This document shows, in pieces, positions 28,994 through 38,884 of a stretch of 64,000 nucleotides of DNA. The stretch is from contig CAZYDV010000003.1 in the NCBI GenBank assembly GCA_964646405.1, positions 1 through 64,000 on the forward strand, written 5' to 3'. Position 1 is the stretch's first letter, and every line of letters starts with the position of its first letter. The DNA is from an uncultured Granulosicoccaceae bacterium (lineage in GTDB: Bacteria > Pseudomonadota > Gammaproteobacteria > Granulosicoccales > Granulosicoccaceae). A program made the translations under genes and the position numbers. The notes under the pieces were generated by a model. That model saw nothing but the letters and a program-made list of their open reading frames with translations. It was not told the DNA's origin and did no database searches.

Positions 28994-30565
28994 ATGAGCC
29001 ATCTACTGACGTTTTCCGATGCACTGGAAAGTCACGCTCGACTGTCGCCGGACAAAACCGGTGCTCGCGACTCACAGCGATCGCTGACCTATGCGCAGTG
29101 GCACGCCCGCGCATCGCGACTGGCCGACGCCCTGCTGGCCACCGGTCTGATCGCCGGTGACCGGGTGGCTATACTCGCGACCAATCGCATCGAATGGATG
29201 GAAATTTACGTCGCACTTGCCCGTGCCGGGCTGGTTGCGGTACCCCTGAATTTTCGCCTGCAGGCAAGCGAAATCCAGTACATCCTGCACGATGCAGGTG
29301 CCAACGCCATCATCGCTGAAGACCGTTTCTGCCCAAGCTTCGACTCGATCGCCGACACCCTCGACATTCCGCCGCAGCGCTACATCAGTCTGCCGGGTGA
29401 GCCACAAAAGGATTGGCAAGCCTACGAGGCTCTGATCGAGCACGGCGACGCCGCCACGGTATTCCCCGCCAACGACGCCAGCGCTATGTGTGCACTGATG
29501 TACACCTCCGGCACCACCGGGCGACCCAAAGGCGCGATTCGCAGCCACGAAGGCAGCGCGCTGATTGCGCTGGCCACAGCGCTGGAAATGGGCTTCACCC
29601 GAGACGACACGGCATTGCTGGTGATGCCGCTGTGCCACGCGAACTCGCTGTATTTCGGCGCGACCTTTTTACACTTGGGTGCGACGATTATTGTCGATGA
29701 CAGCGCGAGCTTCGACGCCGAACAGTTTCTTTCACTGATGACCCGCCAACAGGTGACCTTCACTTCACTGGTACCGACGCACTGCATCATGCTGCTATCG
29801 TTATCCGAATCGATAAAAAAGCGCTACGAGCTGCAGCGAGTTAACAAACTGATGATCTCCTCCGCGCCGGCGCGTCGTGAAATCAAACTCGGTGTGATGA
29901 ACCTCTTCCCCAACTGCAGCCTGTATGAACTCTATGGCTCCACTGAAGCCGGCTGGGTCACACTGCTGCGCCCGCACGAACAACTCGACAAAATTGGTTC
30001 TGTCGGCCGCGAGTGGAGTGGCAGTGGTGCAATACGACTGCTCGATGACAATCGGCACGAAGTGCCCGACGGTGAAATCGGAGAATTATTCTCACGCTCG
30101 CCCTATGTGTTCGATGGCTATTGGAAAAACGCGGAAAAAACCGGTAAGGCCTTTGAAGGTCAGTGGTGTTCCGTTGGCGATATGGCCCGCCGCGACGAAG
30201 ATGGCTTCATCTGGCTGGTCGATCGCAAGAACAACATGATTATCAGCGGTGGCGAGAATATCTATCCGTCAGAGATTGAAGCGACGCTAGGCGCGCATCC
30301 CGATGTGCAGGATGTTGCAGCCATTGGCGTGGCCGATGATAAATGGGGCGAGGTTGTGCACGCGGTGGTGGTTCGAAAACCCGGTACCCGCGTCAGTGAC
30401 AAAGACCTTCGCGTCTGGTGTCGCGAAAGATTGGCGAAATTCAAGTGCCCGGCAGCGTTCGTTTTTATGACAGAGGATCAGATTCCCCGCACGGCGACCG
30501 GGAAAATCCTCCACCGTGTATTGCGGGATCGCCTGGTTGCCACTGACAAGGCAGATGTCACCTGA
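28994..30565 (+). CDS. AMP-dependent synthetase/ligase (acyl-CoA synthetase)
   Basis: AMP-binding motif MYTSGTTGRPKGA and ..GEIGELFSRSPYVFDGYW.. Start trimmed to MSHLLTF. Confidence 0.85.
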   Translation: MSHLLTFSDALESHARLSPDKTGARDSQRSLTYAQWHARASRLADALLATGLIAGDRVAILATNRIEWMEIYVALARAGLVAVPLNFRLQASEIQYILHDAGANAIIAEDRFCPSFDSIADTLDIPPQRYISLPGEPQKDWQAYEALIEHGDAATVFPANDASAMCALMYTSGTTGRPKGAIRSHEGSALIALATALEMGFTRDDTALLVMPLCHANSLYFGATFLHLGATIIVDDSASFDAEQFLSLMTRQQVTFTSLVPTHCIMLLSLSESIKKRYELQRVNKLMISSAPARREIKLGVMNLFPNCSLYELYGSTEAGWVTLLRPHEQLDKIGSVGREWSGSGAIRLLDDNRHEVPDGEIGELFSRSPYVFDGYWKNAEKTGKAFEGQWCSVGDMARRDEDGFIWLVDRKNNMIISGGENIYPSEIEATLGAHPDVQDVAAIGVADDKWGEVVHAVVVRKPGTRVSDKDLRVWCRERLAKFKCPAAFVFMTEDQIPRTATGKILHRVLRDRLVATDKADVT

Positions 30566-30584
30566 ATGTCCTGTTATACGACAA

Positions 30585-31253
30585 TTAGGGTATCAGACCA
30601 GCGCTTGCGGCCACCACTGCTAAATCATCATCTGTCCGGCAACGCGAATCGATAAAATACACGGGAAATGAAACGCTTCGCAACAACGATTGACAGAGCT
30701 TTTGGTAGTCTGCCCAAAACTCTATAAATCCCGCTCTGCCCTTAAGACAGTTAGCAACACCGATCGGTGTGCGCGCCACGTAAGTGAAGAGCTTGTCTGC
30801 CCACTGATCCCCACGCTCTGCTAACACAAGATCAAAGTGCTCAGCCGGATGCTCTACCGTGAAGTATACCAACTTCATTTTTGGAGCTAGCTGCTGCCAG
30901 CAGTTGAAATAGTCTTCTATCTCATCTTTTGAAACAAGACTGGCATAGAGGATACGCACCGTACTCTGAAGCGCATAGCCATCTAAGATCACAGTACCAC
31001 TTGATGTTTCGAGGTATTTTAACCATGAATCCAGTAAGACTTGCGGATAACCGGGCTTACGGGATAGCGCAGTGTCTGTGTGCGAATTAACAGGATGGTC
31101 AGCCGCTTCCTCCAGCCACCAACTTGCATCGACACCAAGGCTTCTAAGGAGTTTGCAGAATCGCTCAGAGGCAGTCGTCTTTCCAGAGCTCGGTAGGCCT
31201 TCGAAATGGATGGTGACAGGTATCTGAGGATAACAATCCGACTGATTGTCCAT
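30585..31253 (-). CDS. P-loop NTPase / nucleoside-nucleotide kinase-like protein (low-GC gene)
   Basis: Walker A GLPSSGKTT near the N-terminus. GC is visibly lower than the neighbours. Start trimmed to MDNQSD. Confidence 0.5.
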   Translation of the reverse strand: MDNQSDCYPQIPVTIHFEGLPSSGKTTASERFCKLLRSLGVDASWWLEEAADHPVNSHTDTALSRKPGYPQVLLDSWLKYLETSSGTVILDGYALQSTVRILYASLVSKDEIEDYFNCWQQLAPKMKLVYFTVEHPAEHFDLVLAERGDQWADKLFTYVARTPIGVANCLKGRAGFIEFWADYQKLCQSLLRSVSFPVYFIDSRCRTDDDLAVVAASAGLIP

Positions 31254-31496
31254 AGTCGCCACCAACCAAAAACCGACACCCAGTCGAAAGCAATACAGAC
31301 TGCAGGAAAAAGCAGATAATAACAATGCCTGCTTTAGTCTAGCTGCTGACCACCAAACTCGCGCCGTCGGCTTCAATCATGGCTGGACCGTCCCTGTCCA
31401 TTGCGGGGCACTCTATCGCATCAATGGACCATGCGCTTTGGCTTATGGCCCCTACGAATTCGTATCGACTGCCTGGCTTGTGGCACTTAATTTGGG

Positions 31497-31994
31497 TTAG
31501 TCACCATCATCATCCCGCCCTTTGCGCACCACAAGGGCAACCCGATACACACCTTCGCGCTTGCCGACCACAAAAACTGTCGTGGGCAACTTGCCCTGAT
31601 CATTGATCGGCTCCTCATCAAAGATGACGCGCACGCGATTGGTCACGTCCATGTTGGCTTCGAGGTTGCCGGCGGCTTCTATTGCATCCAGCCCGCCATC
31701 CGGAAAGTCTTCAAACGCTATGGATTTGATCGGTCGGCCAAGATTGCGATTTAACTGAAATCTGACGATGCGCTTTTTGATCTTGCCAGCGTCTTTCCAG
31801 AACACCAGTTGTTCCAGTTTCTGATAGTCACTTTGCTCGATCGCATGACGAATCGCATCGACCAGTTCATCGGGATTGTCCGGCAGCAAGGTATCGCTTG
31901 ACAACGCGATTCCGCTGCCGGTACAAGCCAGTGCAAAAAACATCACAGCGAGGGCGTGACGCCCTCGCTTTATCCAATTCCCAATTTGCATCAT
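31497..31994 (-). CDS. Secreted hypothetical protein
   Basis: 165 aa with signal peptide (ALAVMFFALACTGSGIA) and an acidic C-terminus (RDDDGD). Confidence 0.45.
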   Translation of the reverse strand: MMQIGNWIKRGRHALAVMFFALACTGSGIALSSDTLLPDNPDELVDAIRHAIEQSDYQKLEQLVFWKDAGKIKKRIVRFQLNRNLGRPIKSIAFEDFPDGGLDAIEAAGNLEANMDVTNRVRVIFDEEPINDQGKLPTTVFVVGKREGVYRVALVVRKGRDDDGD

Positions 31995-32001
31995 TGATTC
32001 A

Positions 32002-33744
32002 TCAGCTCTTCAGTGCGAATACCCAGATCACGCCACCTTGCGGTACATCGGGTACACGGCCAGCGGGCAGCATGTCTTTTAACAGACCCTGCATACGCTC
32101 GGCATCGACACCCCAGCCGGATTGCACGGCGATGTATTGCACACCATCGACTTCATACGATGAGGGCGATGCGGTGACACCGGAGTTGGTCGGGTACTCC
32201 CACAACATGTCGCCGTTGGTTGCATCAAATGCACGGAACTTGCGATCGTTAGTGCCGCCGGTGAAAACCAGGTTGCCGGCAGTTGACATGATCGGACCCC
32301 AGTACGGTGTGTCGTTAAAGTCGTGACTCCAGACCATCTCACCCTTGTTCATATCCCAGGCCTGCAACTTGCCAATCGGCACGGGCTTTGAGGTGTCGAC
32401 GTTCTCGTGGAAGCGTAGCGATGACAGAATCACGTCGATTGGCACTCCGATATACAGCTCGCCGGATTCACGTTCTTCCATCGGCACACCGCCAAGCTCT
32501 GAACAGAGGTTTTCCTGGCTTGGGATATACACAAGACCGGTGTCCGGATTGTAGGCTTCCATCGGCCAGTCTTTACCACCCCACAAGCTCGGGCAGAAAG
32601 TGACGGTCTTACCGGTGCCAGGTGTTTTGGCCTCGTTATAGGTGGGGCGACCCGATTCCGGATCGATCGAGGCAAACGCATCCTGTATCACATACTTATG
32701 CGCATCGACAAAGTCGATCTTGCCTTCGCTGTCGTGCTCCATGGCCCAGATAAAACCGTTGCGCCCGGCGTGCACCAGACCGTCCATCTTGCGACCATCG
32801 CGCTCCATCGGTATCAGCAGCGGCGCGGATACTTCATCCCAGTCCCAGGCGTCGTTCCAGTGATACTGGTGATGACCGGTGATCTCGCCGGAGTCGATAT
32901 TGATGCCGACGACCGACGTGGTATACAGGTTATCGCCCGGACGTGTATCCGGCATCCACGGGCCACCGTTACCGGTACCCACGTACATCACACCGTTTTT
33001 GGAATCGTAGTTAGGCTGCATCCAGACCGATCCGCCGCCCGTCTTCCAGCTATCGCCCTTCCACGTTTCATTGCCAGGCTCACCCGGACCAGGGATCGTA
33101 TAGGTACGCCACGCTTCTTTGCCGGTTTCAGCGTCGAGCGCTGACACATAGCCACGGATACCATACTCACCACCTGAAACGCCGGTGATTATTTTCCCTT
33201 TAGCGGCTAACAATGACAGGGTTGAGTAGTAACCATCGGTATAGTCGCCGACGAACACATCCCATACCACTTCACCGGTTTTAGCATCCAGTGCGACGAC
33301 ACCGGCATCAACCGTTGCCATGTAGACCTTGTCGCCATACAGCGCGACACCACGGTTAGTCGGGTGCAGTTGGAAGAGATCCTCGGGCAACTCTCGGACA
33401 TAACGCCAGATTTCATTACCGGTCACCGCATCCAGTGCGATCACCTGGTTCTGCGGTGTCGATACAAACATCATCCCGTCGTTCACCATCGGTGAAGCCT
33501 GATGGCCTTCAGTTACACCCGTGGAATAGCTCCAGACCGGCACCAGATCTTTTACGTTTTCTGAAGTGATCTGTTTGAGGGGACTATGCCCCCACCCTTC
33601 ATAGTTGCCTCGCGTGTTAATCCAGTTATGTGGCTCAGGATTGCTGAGTCGCTCATCGGTGACAGTGTTGTACTCGGCTGCCGAGACGGACTGAATAGCG
33701 CCCGCCACCAACAATGCCGTCACTGTAGGAACTAGTTTTTTCAT
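32002..33744 (-). CDS. PQQ-dependent dehydrogenase, methanol/ethanol family (lacks vicinal Cys-Cys)
   Basis: Signal peptide, PQQ beta-propeller W-motif repeats, and ..ALDAKTGEVVW... No adjacent Cys-Cys pair. A WDWDE motif sits at the catalytic Asp position. RBS GGAGAGAG. Confidence 0.8.
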   Translation of the reverse strand: MKKLVPTVTALLVAGAIQSVSAAEYNTVTDERLSNPEPHNWINTRGNYEGWGHSPLKQITSENVKDLVPVWSYSTGVTEGHQASPMVNDGMMFVSTPQNQVIALDAVTGNEIWRYVRELPEDLFQLHPTNRGVALYGDKVYMATVDAGVVALDAKTGEVVWDVFVGDYTDGYYSTLSLLAAKGKIITGVSGGEYGIRGYVSALDAETGKEAWRTYTIPGPGEPGNETWKGDSWKTGGGSVWMQPNYDSKNGVMYVGTGNGGPWMPDTRPGDNLYTTSVVGINIDSGEITGHHQYHWNDAWDWDEVSAPLLIPMERDGRKMDGLVHAGRNGFIWAMEHDSEGKIDFVDAHKYVIQDAFASIDPESGRPTYNEAKTPGTGKTVTFCPSLWGGKDWPMEAYNPDTGLVYIPSQENLCSELGGVPMEERESGELYIGVPIDVILSSLRFHENVDTSKPVPIGKLQAWDMNKGEMVWSHDFNDTPYWGPIMSTAGNLVFTGGTNDRKFRAFDATNGDMLWEYPTNSGVTASPSSYEVDGVQYIAVQSGWGVDAERMQGLLKDMLPAGRVPDVPQGGVIWVFALKS

Positions 33745-33803
33745 GCTCTCTCCTCGTGTTTGGCTGCCTCCGGCAGCACGTGTCAATCGATTACTTCAAA
33801 CAC

Positions 33804-34514
33804 CTACTTCTTCGCACCACCCGGCTTGCGGGTGAATCCGTCTACTGCAACTACAAACCCTTCGTCGTCAACGCCCAACGGCACCATCGGCAATTGTTTG
33901 CGCGCCGGCCCGCTCTTGACGCTGCCCTCCGACAACGCCGCAAATTCCGATAAATGGCAATGACAGCGCAGATGCCGCTCCTCTTGCATCCACGATTTGA
34001 TGGTGCAACTGCGATGGGTACACATTGCCGAGTACGCCAACAGTCCATCGACGCTACGCGCACGCGTCGGCTCATCCATCTCCTCCGGGTCCAGGCGCAG
34101 AATCAACAAACGGTTCAACCGGTTCTTTCGCCTTAGCACATCGGCTTGTGCGTCATAGGGAAACCCCTCGACGGCAATGGCGTTTAATTCCAGCGAGTCA
34201 GCCCGAATAAACTGATCTTTCATATCGCCCTTAATCACCTGGATGCGATCACCTTTTTGCGGCGGCAGCTTTGCCGCGGCTGCTGCATCATCGGACGCTG
34301 CATAGGCGCCGGACAAGGACAGATCAAGCGTCGCACCGGATACCAGTACCGCCCCGGCTTTTAGCAGATTCCGCCTGTCCTGCAACGGCTGCTCGACAAC
34401 ATCGGTGGTTGGTTCGCTGGCAGATTGTTGATGTTTCGATTTTTTTCTCATTCGTCTTAACCGATTCTCAAGAGTTAAAAGATGCTGTTGTTGGGGAAGC
34501 GGGGTTCCATTCAC
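33804..34514 (-). CDS. TAT-secreted Rieske [2Fe-2S] domain protein
   Basis: Twin-arginine motif RRNLLKAGAV. Rieske boxes are CTH...(16 aa)...CHCH. Start ambiguous (34514 or 34451). Confidence 0.7.
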   Translation of the reverse strand: MNGTPLPQQQHLLTLENRLRRMRKKSKHQQSASEPTTDVVEQPLQDRRNLLKAGAVLVSGATLDLSLSGAYAASDDAAAAAKLPPQKGDRIQVIKGDMKDQFIRADSLELNAIAVEGFPYDAQADVLRRKNRLNRLLILRLDPEEMDEPTRARSVDGLLAYSAMCTHRSCTIKSWMQEERHLRCHCHLSEFAALSEGSVKSGPARKQLPMVPLGVDDEGFVVAVDGFTRKPGGAKK

Positions 34515-34529
34515 ATCAATCCATTCGGG

Positions 34530-35864
34530 TCATCGCACAGCCCTCACAGGTGCAAGCTCGGCACGCGATCCAATGACATGATTGATAAACACCGAGAGCT
34601 TTGCACCAATGCCTTGCAGGCGATGCCTGCGCGCGCAACGCAGCGCATCGCGCAACACTTTGCGTTTATCACGTATAGGCATTTCAGGCGCCGCAAACAC
34701 GGCCGCCTGCACATCCCTGTTGAGCACGAGCCAGTGATCATCTTTGGCCAATGGCTCATCGGCAGACCAACGCTGCCAGGCGCGGTAGGCTGTTATTGGC
34801 TTATCTGCCTTTAGAAACTGGCGGCGAAAGCGCCGATCTCGCGGCACACAAAACACTGCTGCCAACACATAAACAACTGCCGCTATGACGAGCAATGCCA
34901 ACATGATGAGCAGAGTGGTAAAAACGTGGTAAGCAGTGCGCTGATTCGTTGCGGCCTCGTACAGCAACTGCTCAGCGCGTGCCTCGCTGTCGATGGGCAG
35001 CGGTTCAATGCGGTGCCCTCGGACGGCGACCGTTTTTCGCGTTTTCGCCTGCGGATCCCAATAGGCAATACCCATGGGCGGCACATAGACAAACCCCTCA
35101 CCGTCAATGCGCAACGCCCACGACGCACTCACCACGCCGTCCAGACCATTTTTGGTTACGATACTTTTTCGGGTGGACTCCAATTCACGCACGGCAATTC
35201 CGCGCGTGCTGCCGTGTTGCAGATCCGGCAGACGTTTATCGTCTACACCGGCGGCGCGCAGCGTCACCGTACGGGTCACCACATCGCCCTCGCGCAGTTC
35301 ATCAACCGGTATCGACCAGGATTCTTCCATCGCCACATTGGATGAAACCAGCCACCAGTCGACGGCAAATCCAGCGGGTGTCGACAACACAGGGATACGC
35401 ATACCGTTGTGTGTGGCGTTGAATTCAATTTGCCCGGCCAACGGCGTTTCAATTAAACCCGTCGCAAACGATGCAGGAATTTCAAGATTGCCGGCAGCCA
35501 AAGGAAACACTGCATAGCGACGTTCATGCAGATACCCTTCACCGGCATAGCTCCTGATCTTGCGAGTGCGCGGAGCAGACAGTTCGATTTGCTCAGCGTT
35601 GGCAATGGCGGGAAAGTCGATGGTTAGTTCATCGAACGGGTGCTTTGATGCCACCCGAATCGTGAGTAGAATCTGGCTCTGCTCGTAGATGCCACCGAGC
35701 CCACTGTCGGGAAGAACCGATACCAACAGTTGTGGTTGCTCGGTGATACGGATTGAGGTTGGATTGGCACCCGCATCCGTTTGCTCCTGGGCAATCAACG
35801 CATGCCGCGGTCCAAACACGCACAGCAACAGAACAACGATCAGGCTTATCCTCAAACCATTCAT
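34530..35864 (-). CDS. BatD-like protein (oxygen-tolerance operon)
   Basis: Signal peptide, large periplasmic region, one C-proximal TM helix and a cytoplasmic basic tail. It is the last gene of the MoxR-vWA operon. Confidence 0.6.
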   Translation of the reverse strand: MNGLRISLIVVLLLCVFGPRHALIAQEQTDAGANPTSIRITEQPQLLVSVLPDSGLGGIYEQSQILLTIRVASKHPFDELTIDFPAIANAEQIELSAPRTRKIRSYAGEGYLHERRYAVFPLAAGNLEIPASFATGLIETPLAGQIEFNATHNGMRIPVLSTPAGFAVDWWLVSSNVAMEESWSIPVDELREGDVVTRTVTLRAAGVDDKRLPDLQHGSTRGIAVRELESTRKSIVTKNGLDGVVSASWALRIDGEGFVYVPPMGIAYWDPQAKTRKTVAVRGHRIEPLPIDSEARAEQLLYEAATNQRTAYHVFTTLLIMLALLVIAAVVYVLAAVFCVPRDRRFRRQFLKADKPITAYRAWQRWSADEPLAKDDHWLVLNRDVQAAVFAAPEMPIRDKRKVLRDALRCARRHRLQGIGAKLSVFINHVIGSRAELAPVRAVR

Positions 35865-36715
35865 CGCACCACTCCCGGCTGCAGATCACCGCCGTTACGA
35901 AGGCGATGCGCCGCCGCAAGCCTTGCACGCAGTACACGCGCCGGCTTGTCGACGATGGCGCGCAACAATAATTCGGCATTCTGCCGACTTTGCCGCAACA
36001 ACAGGCTGGCGCTGGCACCGGTTAACTCACCTTCGCTTTGCGTCTGTTCCGATGATCCGGTAGCAATACCGGCCTGCGCATGGCGAAAGTCAGCGATATC
36101 GCCACTGCGTCCTTCGACATCACTCTTGCCCGTCGCCTCGGCCTTATCTTCTGCCGGACGAAAGGCACCACCTTCCGGTACGCCCTGTTCAACGTTATTG
36201 CTGTCAGTGCCCGTTGTTGCCGGCGTCTCCTGATTGCCGTCTTTCCAGCTACCCGCCACCACCGAACTGCGCGAATCCTCCACCATCTTCAATTCCATCG
36301 CTTCAGCCCTGAGCACCAGGTCGAGATTGAAGCGGGCATCTTCATGAGATGGATCCAGACGCAATGCACTTTCGTAGGCGGCTTTGGCGCCGGTCCATTC
36401 TTTTAACAAAGCATAGGCGTTGCCCACGTTATACAGATTACTGACGTTCTCACGCTGAAGGAAATCACCCAGCGCGCGTCGGTAGCGCTGCGCCCGGTAC
36501 TGGGCCACGCCTCGCCAGTCGGCGCGCTGAAAAAGATGCATTGCCTGATCCGGCTTTCCCTGTTCAAGCAGCCGCAAACCCAACGCAAAGCGATCCGGCT
36601 TGGCCGACAACAGCGGTATCGCCCAACCCAATACCGTGGCCAGCAGCGAACCACCCAGAGCAATGAGCGCAAACGACTTCAACGCTCGACCCTCCGCCGC
36701 AGCAGCCACAGCCAC
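35861..36715 (-). CDS. TPR-repeat protein (BatC-like)
   Basis: TPR-like repeats (..NLYNVGNAYALLKEWTGAKAAYESALRLDP..) and a Gly/Glu-rich segment. 4-nt overlap with the downstream gene. Confidence 0.6.
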   Translation of the reverse strand: MAVAAAAEGRALKSFALIALGGSLLATVLGWAIPLLSAKPDRFALGLRLLEQGKPDQAMHLFQRADWRGVAQYRAQRYRRALGDFLQRENVSNLYNVGNAYALLKEWTGAKAAYESALRLDPSHEDARFNLDLVLRAEAMELKMVEDSRSSVVAGSWKDGNQETPATTGTDSNNVEQGVPEGGAFRPAEDKAEATGKSDVEGRSGDIADFRHAQAGIATGSSEQTQSEGELTGASASLLLRQSRQNAELLLRAIVDKPARVLRARLAAAHRLRNGGDLQPGVVR

Positions 36716-37554
36716 AGCACCAGCGCAAGGGCAATTAAAGGTGGCCTTAGATCAAACGTCGATTCCTGCACGCCGCGGAAAAAACGATCCTGCGCAGCAG
36801 ATGAGAGCCGCGTAACAACTGCTGCGAGATCACTATTAGCATGCAGCTGCGCCCGGTAACTTTCTGCCACACCCGACCAACGCATGCTCTCACCGTCGGC
36901 CACAACGATATCCCTCAAACGGCCACGATCCGGAATCGCAATGATCTCTTCCAACGGTGTTCCGGAAGTCACAATCACCACCTGACCCACCGCTACTTCA
37001 GCATCGGCAAGCAGCGATTCGGCGACGGCAATGCCCTCCTGTAGCGTGCGTCCATTGGCGGGCATCAGATCAGGTGTGGCAACGCCCAGGTAGCGCTGCA
37101 CATGCGCCATGTCGTCCGTTAACGGCACTACCGTGTAAGCCCCATCACCTACCAGCACCAGGCCGGTAGCCGTCGCACTTGCAGGGCCGCTGTCGGATTG
37201 ATTCACTAACAACGCATCGGTAAAGAAACGCTGCGCTTCGACATCAATCCCTGCGGACATATCCAGCACGACGACACGCCCGGTGAAATTCGCAGGCGGC
37301 GCGGTGTTAATCGCGATCACCGGATGGGTGAGCGTGGCGATCACCAGCAGTGAACAGATTGCGGCGATAATGATTGATCTATCGTCGCTGGATTTCAGAC
37401 GGCGCTGCATGAATTGTCGCAGGGACGGAGTGGTGACCAGACGCCAGCTGCCCGGCAGCGATGCACCCACGCGATTCGACTGCTGCGCATACCAGACGCA
37501 AAACACCGTAAAAGGAAGCAGCAACAGCATGGCGATTGGCGTCAGCAGAGTCAT
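36679..37554 (-). CDS. vWA domain protein (BatB-like)
   Basis: N-terminal TM helices plus a von Willebrand A domain (..VVVLDMSAGI..). Overlaps neighbours, typical of coupled bat genes. Confidence 0.6.
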   Translation of the reverse strand: MTLLTPIAMLLLLPFTVFCVWYAQQSNRVGASLPGSWRLVTTPSLRQFMQRRLKSSDDRSIIIAAICSLLVIATLTHPVIAINTAPPANFTGRVVVLDMSAGIDVEAQRFFTDALLVNQSDSGPASATATGLVLVGDGAYTVVPLTDDMAHVQRYLGVATPDLMPANGRTLQEGIAVAESLLADAEVAVGQVVIVTSGTPLEEIIAIPDRGRLRDIVVADGESMRWSGVAESYRAQLHANSDLAAVVTRLSSAAQDRFFRGVQESTFDLRPPLIALALVLWLWLLRRRVER

Positions 37555-38492
37555 TGCTCACGCCTCAGTCGCAGGCTGTACACCAGCAACGCCAGCAAGG
37601 CCAAAAGCAACGGCACCCAGGTTAAATCGTGGATCAGGCGTTGTGGCTGTGCCGAACGATCTTTTCCGGCTGGTATCTCACGGCTGGCCAAATCGCTATA
37701 GATTTGCTGTAACTGTGTCGAGTCCTGCGCCTCGGCATACTGACCACCGCCCAGCTGTGCGATCTCGCGCATATAGGCTCTGTTCTCGGGTCTCACCGAC
37801 GAGGAAAAGCCAATCACATGCACCGTCATACCAAGCTGCTCGGCCAGCCGCGAGGCGTCAGTGGCAGATAACTGCCCCGTGTTGGTCTCGCCATCGGTGA
37901 CGATCACCATCGTGGTATTACGGCCGCTATCATCACGCACCAGCTTGACCGCCAGACCGATAGGCTGGCCTAGGTCCGTTTTACGCCCCGGTAAACCGAT
38001 ATTCAGTTCCGTCATGACCTCGATGACCGCGCGGGTATCGTAGGTAAAAGGCGAAACCAGATACGCATCGTTGGCAAAGGCGATCAACGCGACGCGATCA
38101 CCCTCGCGCTGTGAGATAAAATCGCCAAGGATTCTACGCACTGACTGAAACCGGCTCTCGACCGCGCCCGCCATCGGCGTCTGGCCCATACTTGCAGACA
38201 AATCCACTGCCACCACAATCGACTGTCCCGAACGCCACGGCAGTTCGTCCACTCGCATCACGGGTTGTGCCAGTGCAAACAACAGAGCAAGCCAGCCAGC
38301 CACGGCCGCGATACCACTGGCCGTCCAGCGCGAAAGCCCAAACGGAAACGGTGGGGCCGCACGGGTTAACGCCTGCAGCACGCCACGCGGCAACGCCACA
38401 GCCCGCATCACCGGTAACGAGGGCAAGACGTAGCGCGCAACCAACGGCAACGGCAGCAATAACAATAGCCACCATCGGATGAACTCGATCAT
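37551..38492 (-). CDS. vWA domain protein (BatA-like)
   Basis: Two N-terminal TM helices and a vWA domain with MIDAS residues (VVAVDLSASM...VTDGE). Confidence 0.7.
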   Translation of the reverse strand: MIEFIRWWLLLLLPLPLVARYVLPSLPVMRAVALPRGVLQALTRAAPPFPFGLSRWTASGIAAVAGWLALLFALAQPVMRVDELPWRSGQSIVVAVDLSASMGQTPMAGAVESRFQSVRRILGDFISQREGDRVALIAFANDAYLVSPFTYDTRAVIEVMTELNIGLPGRKTDLGQPIGLAVKLVRDDSGRNTTMVIVTDGETNTGQLSATDASRLAEQLGMTVHVIGFSSSVRPENRAYMREIAQLGGGQYAEAQDSTQLQQIYSDLASREIPAGKDRSAQPQRLIHDLTWVPLLLALLALLVYSLRLRREQ

Positions 38493-38884
38493 GAATCCAC
38501 CACTTGATTCAGATGATCGTGAATCTGTTTTAGGCGGCTGGTACTAATTTTTTCCGGTGGCAGAAACACCGCAGCCGGGAAAGGTGTGACCGCACGATAC
38601 GGCGCAATTCGTTTGGCAAGGTCGAGTAGATCGGCGTTATGTTGCTGTTGGGCATCGGCGTTGTCTGCCGGCGTTGCATCGATCGATTCACCAATCTCCT
38701 TCAATCGCCTGCGCGCCTGATGCAACCAGACGCGAGAGCGCCGATATCTGATCCACAACAGCGCAAGCAAAACAAGCACAAGGCATGCAAAAGGCAGCCA
38801 CGAGAATCCCGCGCCCAGTTGACCCAACGCCATATCGGGCAAATGAATATCTCGCAATTGCAGCAGCAGTTCGTCGGGTGTCAT
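38489..38884 (-). CDS. DUF4381 domain protein
   Basis: 131 aa with a single TM. This is the usual small protein between DUF58 and BatA genes. Confidence 0.55.
   Translation of the reverse strand: MTPDELLLQLRDIHLPDMALGQLGAGFSWLPFACLVLVLLALLWIRYRRSRVWLHQARRRLKEIGESIDATPADNADAQQQHNADLLDLAKRIAPYRAVTPFPAAVFLPPEKISTSRLKQIHDHLNQVVDS

Noticed and set aside
27129-29114. Long N-terminal extensions of ORF-track calls (TPP enzyme to 29114, acyl-CoA ligase from 28880, Mo-subunit to 43621, GntR to 27171, MoxR to 40930)
   Set aside because: Extensions lack domain similarity and overlap divergent partners. Conserved N-termini (MAAPTIS, MSHLLTF, TAT motif, wHTH) begin at internal Met codons, so starts were trimmed.
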